64,000 nucleotides of DNA, from IMG/VR virus record IMGVR_UViG_3300042539_000942; one strand, 5' to 3'. The notes below the pieces were generated by a model. The model saw nothing but the letters and a program-made list of their open reading frames with translations, searched no databases and was not told the origin of the DNA. This DNA comes from an uncultured virus (IMG/VR IMGVR_UViG_3300042539_000942). Lineage: Duplodnaviria; Heunggongvirae; Uroviricota; Caudoviricetes. A program made the position numbers and the translations under genes. Numbering within the stretch: position 1 is the stretch's first letter; each line of letters begins with the position of its first letter. Shown here piece by piece: positions 63,080-64,000 of this stretch.

Positions 63080-64000
63080 ATGAGAACAGCATTGGTTCTA
63101 GGAGCAGGTGGCTTCATTGGAAGTCACATGGTAAAAAGATTGAAGAGCGAAGGATACTGGGTTCGTGGTGTAGATTTGAAGTATCCAGAATTTTCTCAAA
63201 CAGAAGCAGATGAATTTATCCTTGGCGATCTTCGTGATCAAAATTTTGTAGAAAGAGTTCTGATTTTTAAAGGAAATTTGGGAAATTTCTACAAAGAAAT
63301 TCCTTATAGGCACTACCTTCCTTTTGATGAGATCTACCAGTTTGCTGCTGACATGGGTGGTGCAGGATTTGTTTTCACTGGTGAGAACGATGCAGACATT
63401 CTTCACAATTCTGCAGTCATTAATCTTAATGTATTAGAGTATCAGCATAAATTAAATGAAAGACTTGGTTGTAATCTGACCAAGATTTTCTATTCTGGAT
63501 CTGCATGTATGTATCCAGAAGAAATTCAAATGAATACTCAAAATCCAGGTCTGAAGGAAGATGACGCATACCCAGCAAATCCAGATTCAGAATACGGATG
63601 GGAGAAATTGTTTTCGGAACGTCTGTATTTTGCTTATAATCGCAACTATGGTATTCCTGTACGTGTCGCTAGATACCACAATATTTTTGGACCAGAAGGA
63701 ACTTGGACTGGTGGTAGGGAAAAAGCACCTGCAGCTATTTGTCGCAAAGTAGCAGAACTTCCTAGTGAAGGAGGAACAATAGAAGTCTGGGGAGATGGAA
63801 AACAGACTCGTTCGTTTCTTTATGTTGATGAATGTATTGAAGCAACACGTCGTATGATGGATTCGGATTTCATTGGACCAGTGAACATTGGTTCGGAGGA
63901 AATGGTAAGTATCAATCAACTTGTAGAAATTGTGGCAAAGATTGCGAACAAGTCTGTTGAGAAAAATCACATTCCTGGTCCTCTTGGAGTTCGTGGTCGT
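63080..64000 (+). CDS. NAD-dependent epimerase, GDP-mannose 3,5-epimerase-like (runs off the window end)
   Basis: MRTALVLGAGGFIGSH, FAADMGGAG, SACMYP, YGWEK, EKAPAAICRK and GPLGVRGR motifs. Confidence 0.85.
   Translation, partial: MRTALVLGAGGFIGSHMVKRLKSEGYWVRGVDLKYPEFSQTEADEFILGDLRDQNFVERVLIFKGNLGNFYKEIPYRHYLPFDEIYQFAADMGGAGFVFTGENDADILHNSAVINLNVLEYQHKLNERLGCNLTKIFYSGSACMYPEEIQMNTQNPGLKEDDAYPANPDSEYGWEKLFSERLYFAYNRNYGIPVRVARYHNIFGPEGTWTGGREKAPAAICRKVAELPSEGGTIEVWGDGKQTRSFLYVDECIEATRRMMDSDFIGPVNIGSEEMVSINQLVEIVAKIANKSVEKNHIPGPLGVRGR

Overview
This window is a 64 kb segment of an AT-rich T4-like cyanomyophage genome. Gene order and auxiliary genes suggest a picocyanobacterial host, which is an inference. 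Essentially all genes lie on the + strand. In order it contains: the neck/tail/head module (gp13-gp23, gp3) with two accessory insertions; recombination and late-transcription genes (uvsY, uvsW, gp55, gp47, gp46); a CobT-like vWA / CobS-like AAA+ pair; replication genes (gp45, gp44, dam, gp62, regA, hsp20, gp43, uvsX, gp41, mazG, gp61, nrdA, nrdB); and an accessory region with a tandem glutamine-riboswitch-like leader, nine tRNAs, Dps, a 2OG-Fe(II) oxygenase, a manA/wcaG-like RNA and an NDP-sugar cluster. The most notable observations are: (1) a small basic ORF whose intrinsic terminator lies before its stop codon, the ArfA/BrfA non-stop logic; (2) an NtcA box, tandem glutamine aptamers with a 50-codon ORF nested inside the second aptamer, and a DUF4278-like gene; (3) three late genes carrying the T4 internal-protein capsid-targeting leader, one of them a nucleotidyltransferase; (4) an unannotated NblA-like ORF coupled to the terminase; (5) an ATT start on the prohead protease; (6) an antisense sigma70 promoter sharing 23 identical nt with another promoter. 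All calls come from manual motif and synteny recognition; no searches were run.
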